Source: a virus. Taken from it: DNA of 64,000 nt. The notes under the pieces are model-generated. The model worked only from the letters and a program-made list of their open reading frames with translations. It had not been told where the DNA came from and ran no database searches. The position numbers and the translations under genes are program-made. Where the stretch lies: positions 96,001-160,000 of IMG/VR virus record IMGVR_UViG_3300045988_122072, one strand, 5' to 3'. Below, in pieces: positions 43,601 to 51,000 of this stretch; the first letter of the stretch is position 1, and the number at the start of each line of letters is the position of its first letter.

Positions 43601-46229
43601 TCTTATACAGCTCATAATACTTTAATCTAGCTTGAGACCTTTCAGTTCTTGCATTTTGAGCAGCTTCTTGTCTCTTCTTTGTAATCAGCTTGTTAAGCAG
43701 TGACGCATTTTTAACCACGTATCCATTTGTTGTGTCAATTGCATCTGCATATTCTTTTTCATCACCAATGAGTGTTTTTAATGCTTCGCCCTGTTCGTCA
43801 GTAAGTTTTATTTTATCATAAACTACTTCGTTTTGAACAGATTGTGCACTAGTAACTTTATCAATTTCATCAGCATAATTAGAAAAAGTACTACCAACTG
43901 GATCGACTTTATTAAGCTCAGCGTGTGCGGCGGCAGAACCTAAAGAATTAATTTGATCCACAGCATCTTGTGTACTAAGCCCAATTTTATTTAACTCATT
44001 CCTAAATTCGCTATAATCTGAACCATTTAACGAATCTGCTGTAAGTTCTCCAGTCTCCGCCAAAGAATATAATTTCTTTTTAACCTCTGGATACTTTTCT
44101 AATAGAGCATCAAATTGTTCGGTATAATATTCACCTGGGTTAATTGTTTTATCTATATCAAGTGCCATTTGCTTAAGCTTATTTGCGAAATCATCATCGA
44201 CATTTTCGCCATAATTATCTAGATAATCATATAGCTCTGTTCCATATGTAGATAATGTTTCTTTAAGATTTTGCATTGATGATTCAATTGACTTCTTTTT
44301 AGAATCTAGGGCAGACTTTTCGTCCTCACTCATTGCACTAGTATCTGTATTAATAAGCTCATTCCATTCTTGCCTTAACTCATTATATTTTTCAATGCCC
44401 TTTTGAATATAGCCTTCTTTGTCTATACTACCATCAGAAATATATTTTAAATCTCCATTCAGTTCATCAGATATTTGTGCCTCAACTCTTAGTAACTCTG
44501 CTACTGCCTCATCGCTTAATTCTCCCCATTGCGATACATCGGCAAGCATATTATACAACTTTTCAGAATACGGTTTAATTGCATTTCTTAAATTATCATT
44601 AATGATTTGATTATTTTTTGCATTTTCTATTTCAGCCTTGGCAATTGTGGCATTACCATACCTTTCGTCATCTTTATTGGTTTTAACTTCTTCTATGCTT
44701 AAGTTTTTAACATTAAAATCTTTTTTATAATCTTCTTTTGTTTCTTTCTGTAGTTCTTTTTGCTTAGAATCTTTGCTTTCGTTTAACAGTCTTAATCTTC
44801 TTTCCAATTCCTCATTGGTTTGTTTTAAAGTTTCTAATTCTTCTTTTTCTACAAAAGATAGGTTATGTTTTCCTTCTAGCTCTTCAATTCTATTTTTAGT
44901 AGTCTCAAGTTCAGAATTTAGGCTTTCAATTTCATTATTTAGATCTTGAATTTCATTCTTTAATTTCTCTGATGCTGGAGTCATATTAGCTATCCAAGTA
45001 ACCAACGATATAACTAAAGTAATAGCCATCAAAATCCATCCAACCGGATTAGACGCCATTAAAGATTTCAGTGCTGCCGCAACGCCATGAATAGACGTAG
45101 AAAGTCCTTGATTCGCAGCGGTCAAACCAAATGCAGATATAATTTCTGCGCCCTGAGCGGCAGTTAATGTCCCCGTTGCTACCGCTTCTTGAACTTTTGC
45201 TAATGTCAGTTCTGTTTCTCCCTGAGTTAAAAGCCAGTTGGTTGATTCAGCAGAAAGCTTTACTGCTCCCTCAGCAGCCATTGCTGCAGCATTTGCAGCA
45301 GTAACCGTAGTTTGTTCAGTTTTTGCAGTCGTTACTTGGGCCTCTGATACTGCCTGTTGTATATTCGCTTTATCTACTCCGTTTTTGGCCATTGCTTCTT
45401 CTATTTGTGCCTTTGTTAAACCAGCAGAAGCAAGAGCTGCCGCCTGTTGCTTCGCGGTTAAATCACTAACTGCGGCAGCATACGCACTAAGATTTTGCAC
45501 ATTAAATTCGGCAGCAGATATTTTACCAGCTTCTCCAAGTCCATTTAATGATTGAATTGCCTTAATTTTCTCCAATGCCTGTCCATAATTAGATACATTG
45601 GCGGAAATTTCTTTAAACATAGTAACTGGGTTTATCTTTTTAGAGATTAATAAATATGAAACTACTCCTGCTAATACTGATTTAAATAACCCAAATGAGT
45701 CTACAGCTTTTACAACTGCGGTTCCTAAATTAACGAAAAATTTAATCCAGCTACTGTCGAGCGCATCAGACCACATTGTCTGAACTGCATTTTTAAATAG
45801 GGTGATTCTTCCCTGAATGCTGTTAAGTTGTTTTTCATTTTCAGCCATTGCAGAACCTTCTGCATCTAATGCGTCTTGATATGCACCTTCAAGGTCTTCA
45901 ATATTGGTAAGCATTGCAGCCATAGCATTTGAACGGTTTTTACCAGCGAGCATTTCAAGTAATGCCGCCTGATCAATGTCGCTCATATCTTTCCAGACAG
46001 TCGCAATTTCTTTTATAATATCATATGTTGCCTTATAGTCGCCGGTTTCAGTTAAAATATCTACACCAGTTAAAGCTTTAACTTTAGATTGAAGCTTGCT
46101 GACACTCTCTACTACATTATCAGTTTCTTCGCCTAGTGATTCCAATTCCTCTACACTTGTACCTCTAATACGTAGTGAGATGGTACGGAGGGCACTTCCT
46201 ACGCTTGATGGATCCTGTAATACTTTATT
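37695..46229 (-). CDS. Tape measure protein, exon 2 (2844 codons plus stop)
   Basis: Frame is open upstream of the ORF-track TTG start back to 46232. It begins NKVLQDPSSVGSALRTISLRIRG. A TM segment and long coiled coils follow. There are two GTAHASGNWG...LVGELG...NSRGKAY modules and a C-terminal SH3-like segment. Confidence 0.75.
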   Translation of the reverse strand, partial: NKVLQDPSSVGSALRTISLRIRGTSVEELESLGEETDNVVESVSKLQSKVKALTGVDILTETGDYKATYDIIKEIATVWKDMSDIDQAALLEMLAGKNRSNAMAAMLTNIEDLEGAYQDALDAEGSAMAENEKQLNSIQGRITLFKNAVQTMWSDALDSSWIKFFVNLGTAVVKAVDSFGLFKSVLAGVVSYLLISKKINPVTMFKEISANVSNYGQALEKIKAIQSLNGLGEAGKISAAEFNVQNLSAYAAAVSDLTAKQQAAALASAGLTKAQIEEAMAKNGVDKANIQQAVSEAQVTTAKTEQTTVTAANAAAMAAEGAVKLSAESTNWLLTQGETELTLAKVQEAVATGTLTAAQGAEIISAFGLTAANQGLSTSIHGVAAALKSLMASNPVGWILMAITLVISLVTWIANMTPASEKLKNEIQDLNNEIESLNSELETTKNRIEELEGKHNLSFVEKEELETLKQTNEELERRLRLLNESKDSKQKELQKETKEDYKKDFNVKNLSIEEVKTNKDDERYGNATIAKAEIENAKNNQIINDNLRNAIKPYSEKLYNMLADVSQWGELSDEAVAELLRVEAQISDELNGDLKYISDGSIDKEGYIQKGIEKYNELRQEWNELINTDTSAMSEDEKSALDSKKKSIESSMQNLKETLSTYGTELYDYLDNYGENVDDDFANKLKQMALDIDKTINPGEYYTEQFDALLEKYPEVKKKLYSLAETGELTADSLNGSDYSEFRNELNKIGLSTQDAVDQINSLGSAAAHAELNKVDPVGSTFSNYADEIDKVTSAQSVQNEVVYDKIKLTDEQGEALKTLIGDEKEYADAIDTTNGYVVKNASLLNKLITKKRQEAAQNARTERSQARLKYYELYKKIKQLTGANGELAQANAKEINALYKEMGAVERTIAKYSLLEQKLLGAADAYQKYEDAKSADEAKDYGSKAEDMISGLIEGLQSAKLGTESFKAAVAGMIPEDVYAGFDTVEEKVAAIANYLKNSDFSKYFTLKFSDDGTLESAEMTLDNVQAFIESAQEKGVFTNKGDWQHFELSSDIKTLDDFCDKMKITKEMAFAMFTEIDSYDAEWLNGDFGSVFDQLDLGLEGNIFMATKNLAELDVALANNEIGVEEWAQKYQEANSKLQGCAEDARKNAVEYQNVTKEVTNLKDEVEQATKKLNEMNQPNSGYTQEEINAQTKKVKELTEQLGEALKKKYNLEEPTEVSIQLALDDIDSQMAVWKANNNELAVKANIANIDDSKLVELGEDGRYKIKPDVEITDDERQKLQQYVDLLNDKGVINLLVENKEEAKAQIEEVKTAAEAAKKAIEALPDPSVDSTAAVKSINNLIDAIDRVPTGVTVTTTYREVNENQTATKHSGRRSRYELNSTMANGTAHASGNWGAESADTSLVGELGPELRVRGNRWDMLGENGAEFADVKKGDIIFNHKQTKSLLKNGYINSRGKAYASGTNVISNIFDKLKLNKLAKYAEEMCAQYEKLVNGNVDLRKRPHLSPSYEHDLAMGGGYNSFIGSDGEIYASTSAETVTIGDKNKYTIDITPVLENGDVLTSDALADYIDGLVTNGSTQDLLDSDKYNLVIRAVPGEYDEKDWTGFEGELSKYKDGYLNTIMEMFSLGGDKAVESSGFSSVGLAGVVKDLQGNGSYTGKEVASAIDDTSDGMRELDNLINQYVTDVLNAKSLADDIGTDLSQTKYGNVDTNDRQELYWDEESLDKYGDAIDSWGMKADDLVGTYSTLLSSVGEFDGEDISFTPILQTENGPQLLDSNTVDKYIWGLIDEAKQNDGKWTSDELFQLDTKGLEVDGVVVKNLLEGIGQDADKTAKLLHYVGDTGAISNLESEIESTSSELVATGENVSAVQAKLDKLNATSISDKTFTITTAYQTIGKGTEQTVHTPGASGRLTIYADGTAHASGNWGLPQAEDDALVGELGMETVVDPKTGKYYTVGDNGAEFVDLPKNAIIFNHKQTEELFKNGHINSRGKAYSEGNAHVTIVPDYTTPTYYSGAKNDNFWTDLNDAADSLSDAGDDLSDAANDFEEMFDWFAVLLEEIDDDLNYMSAALENAVGISAKNDIQDQMINVNKYKLTELGEGYKLYADYAAQLLEKIPQQYQELAKNGGVALTEFLGEANQEVVEAINNYREWAQKASDVRTQQQQVKKEITSLSLQKVQTIADEYDRVITKITTLNDLLQANVDLIDEQGERTSAVMYEEMIKNSIKELDELQKKRNDMQKEFDAQVSAGNIDVGSEEWYEGVAAIQDVDKAIIDCRKEIEGFQNSINQLHWDNFDGLIKAIDNVGNEISNLGDLIDDEDIADEMGNWTNEGITKMGLLAQEMERAQYRAKQYAEQIEYLNQEYAAGKYSTDEYNEKLQELKDGQWDSIKSYEAAKDALIALNKTRVDAAKNAMQEEIDAYNELINKKKEELQLSKDAHDFSKQVEEQQKNIANIQKQLAAIAGDNSASAIARRKKLEAELAAAQEELDELYYSHSIEKQQDALDDQAENYQDEKEKEMEALDEYLKNVEQVIADSFATITGNTEVVAGTLKEIADEYGINLSEAITNPWEQGVIAIGTYQDQLNTSTSAFTAQLEAIKKQLLDLQAAADETARHLIDATNQNANKTSSATYTTPTPSTPQQPSAPQKPAAPANGSSVTVKKSATHFTRDGGNGTRMQSWVPGSTFTVYQVSGSEVLIGRNGQYTGWIKLSDIEGYAKGIKKVPNDQFAITDELGLEELVLHADTNGRLQYLSKGSSVIPSDITDNLMKLGTLDPKDILDRNKPKIGAPYIINNSIELNMSFGNMINIEHADRDSIPDIKDAVKAQLDSYMKGVNNSLKRFTR

Positions 46230-46271
46230 CTTTTATATTTAATACGTTTCGCAACAACGTATTGCATGTTA

Positions 46272-47417
46272 TTATTGATAATATTTATTTAAAAATTCAT
46301 TCCATTGTTCCTCAGTGTTGTCACCATAACCATAAATATTATGAAATTGCTTATGAATATTTTCTGATATACATATATAACTATGATATTTTTCTTGCAA
46401 ATCAAAAAATGTTTGGAATAATTCGTCTATTTGTTCTCCCGAATATTCTTTTACATCACTATATATTGGAAAGTTTATCTTATCAATTGCTTCGTCCAAT
46501 ATTAAATTAAACCCTCTTATATGATGAACAACTATATGGGAGCGGCATCCAGTTATTTTACATGTATAATTATTTGCTTCTTTTATTTTATTTTTCCAAG
46601 GAATAAGCTTTTTTCTAATATATTCCGCAATAGTATCATATCCCCTTTTATCTATTGGCCTATATAGTTTTAAGCTCCATAAATGTTGTGCAATTGCTTT
46701 TACTCCCCTATTAAGATACGATGCCAATTCTTCATTTGTATATTTTAAATAATTTTCTTTTAAATACAAATTCTCTTCTTCTGTATATGTTCGATTGGAA
46801 TAATAAAAACTTTTTAAATTCAATTTTCTAGCTTGTCCTAATATCGACGATTTTGTACGTTTTGGGAGCATTGCCATTACCTCATCAAACGATATATTTG
46901 AATAATTCTCTTTTAAAATATCTATTTCATCATTTGACCATTCTCTGTTAGATGTTAAATTTAATTCTACTGCCTTCCTGCTTATTTCTTTAACGGATCT
47001 ATTGTTATTAAGCAAAGTACGAATATTTTTATATGGAATTTTCCCATAATTGTTCATTAGTATATTTATTTCATTATCATTCCACGAAATAGCATTATAA
47101 CGACATTCTTTAGAACAATAATGATGTGTATTCTTATCAACTTCAGATATTTTTCTAAAGAATTGTCTTCCACAAAATTCGCATTTGCATTCTTCCTTCT
47201 TTTCTGTAGATTTTGTTCTACATTCAACACTACAAAAAATTTGTCCAGAATAAGCTGGCCTAAATCTTTCTCCACAAATCTCACAATTTCTATATTTTAG
47301 TTTTCCGTTATTTCTTTTAAATTCATTCATACAGTTTCTACTACAATACTTAGTATTTTCAAAATAATCTGAAAATTCTTTTTTGCAATTATTACATATA
47401 TGATTATATTTTCCCAT
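46272..47417 (-). CDS. Intron-encoded HNH homing endonuclease
   Basis: Three CxxC...CxxxC zinc ribbons, three Myb/SANT-like W/Y-x-EE repeats, and a C-terminal HNH core CRSHIVVHHIRGFN...HKQFHNIYG. Confidence 0.8.
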   Translation of the reverse strand: MGKYNHICNNCKKEFSDYFENTKYCSRNCMNEFKRNNGKLKYRNCEICGERFRPAYSGQIFCSVECRTKSTEKKEECKCEFCGRQFFRKISEVDKNTHHYCSKECRYNAISWNDNEINILMNNYGKIPYKNIRTLLNNNRSVKEISRKAVELNLTSNREWSNDEIDILKENYSNISFDEVMAMLPKRTKSSILGQARKLNLKSFYYSNRTYTEEENLYLKENYLKYTNEELASYLNRGVKAIAQHLWSLKLYRPIDKRGYDTIAEYIRKKLIPWKNKIKEANNYTCKITGCRSHIVVHHIRGFNLILDEAIDKINFPIYSDVKEYSGEQIDELFQTFFDLQEKYHSYICISENIHKQFHNIYGYGDNTEEQWNEFLNKYYQ

Positions 47418-47450
47418 AATTTTATCTCCCGTATATTATCAAAATAAATT

Positions 47451-47624
47451 TCATTTTCTACTATAAAAAATAGCCAATGCATTAAAAAGATCTGACGATT
47501 TTGTATATTTATATGTAGTTACACCATTTATAATTTTAACAAAGGATGGTTTTATACCAATTGTTAATAAATAATCTCTCTCTGGTGTATATTGCGTAGA
47601 ATATTCTTTATCAAATTTTTTCAT
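47451..47624 (-). CDS. small DUF5659-like protein (57 aa) inside the intron
   Basis: ATG 47624 follows GAGGGAAAT. DYLLTIGIKPSFVKIINGVTTYKY...LFNALAIFY resembles the DUF5659 pattern (memory). Confidence 0.4.
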   Translation of the reverse strand: MKKFDKEYSTQYTPERDYLLTIGIKPSFVKIINGVTTYKYTKSSDLFNALAIFYSRK

Positions 47625-47863
47625 ATTTCCCTCTCTAAATAATAACATGCCAATATATTTCTATATTGAATAGACCATATCTTCATCCTCAGCATTACCT
47701 GTTAGGAGCACACCATTTCGTTTAAAGGTATTTAACCAACGCCATTTGCGATTGCGTCCTACTCCTATTGATTTGAGTATTCGGGATTTTACCCTTATTT
47801 TATAATCAATTAGATATTCTCAAATCCCTTCATGGGGATGGCCGTTGAACCTTTTGCTTGATT

Positions 47864-47908
47864 TTAATTTTGTATTGTATATTATATCACAAAATTTAAA
47901 TTTGTCAA
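47864..47908 (-). promoter_or_regulatory. Early-type promoter plus leader box inside the tape-measure intron
   Basis: The minus strand reads CTTGACAAAT, 16-nt spacer, TGaTATAAT, then ACAATACAAAATTAA (47878-47864). Confidence 0.65.
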
Positions 47909-48059
47909 GCAACTTGGATGCTGATTGCCCAATCTTTATAATTTTTAAACATTCACACCTGTTATTACTAACTATGTTGTAGTTTATAAAGCTCTAAGGG
48001 TTTCCCAGCAATTAAATGTGTTCAAATCATATATTTCTATATGAACAGCCATAAAATAT

Positions 48060-51000
48060 AGCTGCAGCAACCAGTGCTACACTTTGTTCAAGATTATTAC
48101 CAGCAGCCATTAAGGAGCTTGCAGAATCTTGCAGTGCAGTCGCAATTCCGTCACTTGAGATTGCGAAATTGTTACCAATTTCATTTAACACGTCAACTAC
48201 GTGCATACTATCTTTTGCGGCATATCCAAACGCCTGAATAGTCGAGATAAGTGCCTCAGATGCCTTATCAGCATCAGTAAATTCAGAAACATTCAATAAG
48301 ACGGCAGTACTCTTGGCGAGTTCTCCAGCTTCTTCAATAGAATAACCAAGACGCGCCCAGGTTGCCGCCATATTGGTCAAATCAGATGTGGTTGCACCAA
48401 CATTTGCTCCAGTCTGAGCCATTGTCTTTAAGAATCTCGCATATGTTTCATCTGTCTCATCAGTAACCTTTTTAAGTTCTGTTAATGCGGAATCTATATC
48501 TTGCACATATTGAGCGCCTTGTTTTATTGCACCCCATATTCTGTAAATGCTACCAAACGAAGCAAGATAAGTCCCTACTTCCTTAAATTTTCCTTTAATG
48601 CCATTAATAAAACTCTCAAATCCAGTTTCAACTGGCTTGATTTTTCCAGGTATAATTTCAACAGCGTTTCCTAACTCTCCCATGATCATTGTCATTTCTT
48701 GTACTTCATGCTTGCCAGTTCTTACTTCATAAGTCATGGTACGAGTTTCTGCATTAAAGCCCTTAAAATTTGCTCCCTCAACAGAACTTACATAGCTTAA
48801 CATTGCATTTTTAACAGCATCAATATCTTTTGGATTAACATTAGCAAAGAATTTTTGGACATCCAAATCTGCTTGTTGCGAATTAATTTTACGTTGCGCT
48901 TCGTCCGCGCCTAACAATGCCTTTTCTGCCTCGGTCGCTCTATCTGCCAAAAGCTTCAATGCGGCTTGCTCTCCGTCAGAATCAGATAATAGTTTGCCGC
49001 TCTGAGCGAGTTCATCTTTTTTTTTCTTCAAAGCGTCTAAAGCATTAAAATATTCTTTGACAACAGTTACGTCATTAACATTAACGCTTTGATCGTTATA
49101 TGAACTTAATGCTTGCTTAACATATTCTTCTCTACCAAGAACTTTTGTGGCGCTATTATATCCATATGCGTCTTTAGACTTCCCAATAATACCATTTCCA
49201 AGTTTGACCAATTCTTCTTGCGCAGCTTTTAACTTGTCAATGTTTTCATCAAGATTATCTGCAGCACTATTTCTAACAGCCTCTTGAGCCGTCCCATATG
49301 CCTTCATTGCTTCCTGATAAGCTTGCATTTCTTCGCTATCCTTATCAAAGAACCCTTCTTTTTGTCCATCAACAATAGCCTGATTAATTTTATGAATAGA
49401 AGCAGTAACATTATCACAAGAATCTTGAAGCTTTTCAGATTGAATATAAGCAGCGTTAAATGCGTCACTCCAACTCATAATGACACTTGTTATTTTGCCA
49501 TCAGCATCTACCATATCAAAAGATATCTTATCTTTAACGAAATCATATTGGCTAAAATCATATTGGCTATTTTTAGATGTAGCATATTGTTTAGCGTAAG
49601 CTTCCATAATAGCTTGGCGATCTGTAAATAGCGTATTTTCTGAAATCTTATTATCTCCAGATATGATTCTGCCTTCTTTATCAAGCGCCTGATATGCGCT
49701 TTGTATCTTCGCATTTTTGGTTAATTCTGTTTGTAGCTCTTTGACTTTTGACACAGCACTGTCTAGTTTCTGAAGATCAGCATCGGTAATGACAGTTCCA
49801 TTTTCTCCTTTTGCGCGAATATCCGCCGCTATCTGTTGTAGCTCTTTAAATTTGTTTGCATATTCTTGGACTTCGATATTATCTGTGCCAAGAATTTTTT
49901 GAATATCAGCATAATTCTTATCGTTCCAACTAAGTGCCTTACCAGCGTCTTTAATTGATCTTTTTGTCCACGCGGAAGTAGAGTCTGGATTAAGGGCGTC
50001 CATCTGAGCTTTTGTCAGAGTAGATTTAACCTCTTTAGTAGTTTCTTCTATTTCTTTTGTACCAATGCCAAGAGCCTCTTTTAGCTTAGACATTTCGGCG
50101 GCAATTTCATCAGCAGACAAACCTTTATATTCATTATAGAATCCTCGCTCATAAGAAGTAAGCTTTTTACTCTCTAATGTAGCAAATAATGTGCGCATAG
50201 CCTGAGTCAATTGATCTGGCAGTGCGCTGTATTCTGTTGCAATACCGCCCATTGATTTATCATATTCACGATTTAGAATCTGAGAAATAAAATCTCCACC
50301 AAACTCTTTGGACAATAAATCTCTAATAACTCCTACATAATCTTGTTTAGAAACATTAGTGTCATTATTTAATACACGGTCGTAATAAGACTGGAAATTG
50401 GCAATAACATTCCTTAATTTACTGTATTCTTCATCTGTTATAGAATATTGTTCACCAACATCATGCCCAGTGGAAATGTCGGATATTGACAGCATACCTC
50501 CGGCTTCTTTCACAACTCTTTGGAGATATCCATTAAGCATTCTTGCCATTTCTCCAGAATTTTGAGCGGCAATATCCTCTCCATTCGCAGTAGAGAACAT
50601 GGCAGTGATAACATCGTTGATTATTGGATATTTTTCTGCGATATCTAAAGCAGTTCCAAAAGAATCTTTTCCTAAATCTATAGACATCATTTGACGCCCA
50701 TAAATCATATTATATTTTTTTAAATTATTTTCGTCCGCAAAATCTGCCAATTGTTCAATATCTGAAAGGGAGAACATTAAATTATTGGTGCCTTTTTTAT
50801 AAGCATGGGAATGCGTCATAGAATCTATTTCTTGTTCTATCTTATCAAACGTAACTTGGAACAGATTGCCTACTGCAAACTCAATTGCCTTCCCATCTTT
50901 TTCCGTAAAGCCATATTCTACATTTTGTTTTGAAACGTCTTTGCCATTATCAATTGCATTAGTTAGTGCAAGAATTGCAGTTTTAAATTGCTGGAACGTT

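Larger units (their letters stand above)
46230..48059 (-). ncRNA. Group I intron in the tape-measure gene (1830 nt) with internal promoter and two ORFs
   Basis: Exon 1 ends in U (48060) and the intron ends in G (46230). P1 pairs exon GCAGCU (48065-48060) with intron GGCUGU (48050-48045). AAGAUAUGGUC (47683-47673) is P7-like. A 3' hairpin AATACGTT-GTTGCGA-AACGTATT (46258-46236) lies just before the terminal G. Confidence 0.7.

Noticed and set aside
46175-46510. 111-aa plus-strand ORF.
   Set aside because: It is antisense to the 3' end of the HNH gene and the intron 3' end, and it has no translation signals.
48027-48059. IFYGCSYRNI* tail of the 3215-aa ORF and the TTG start at 46145 of the 2816-aa ORF, that is, two independent giant genes.
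   Set aside because: The frame upstream of 46145 stays open and encodes the missing half of the tape-measure core motif. The boundary nucleotides and the P1 pairing fit a group I intron. A non-spliced split gene remains a formal alternative, stated under the finding.
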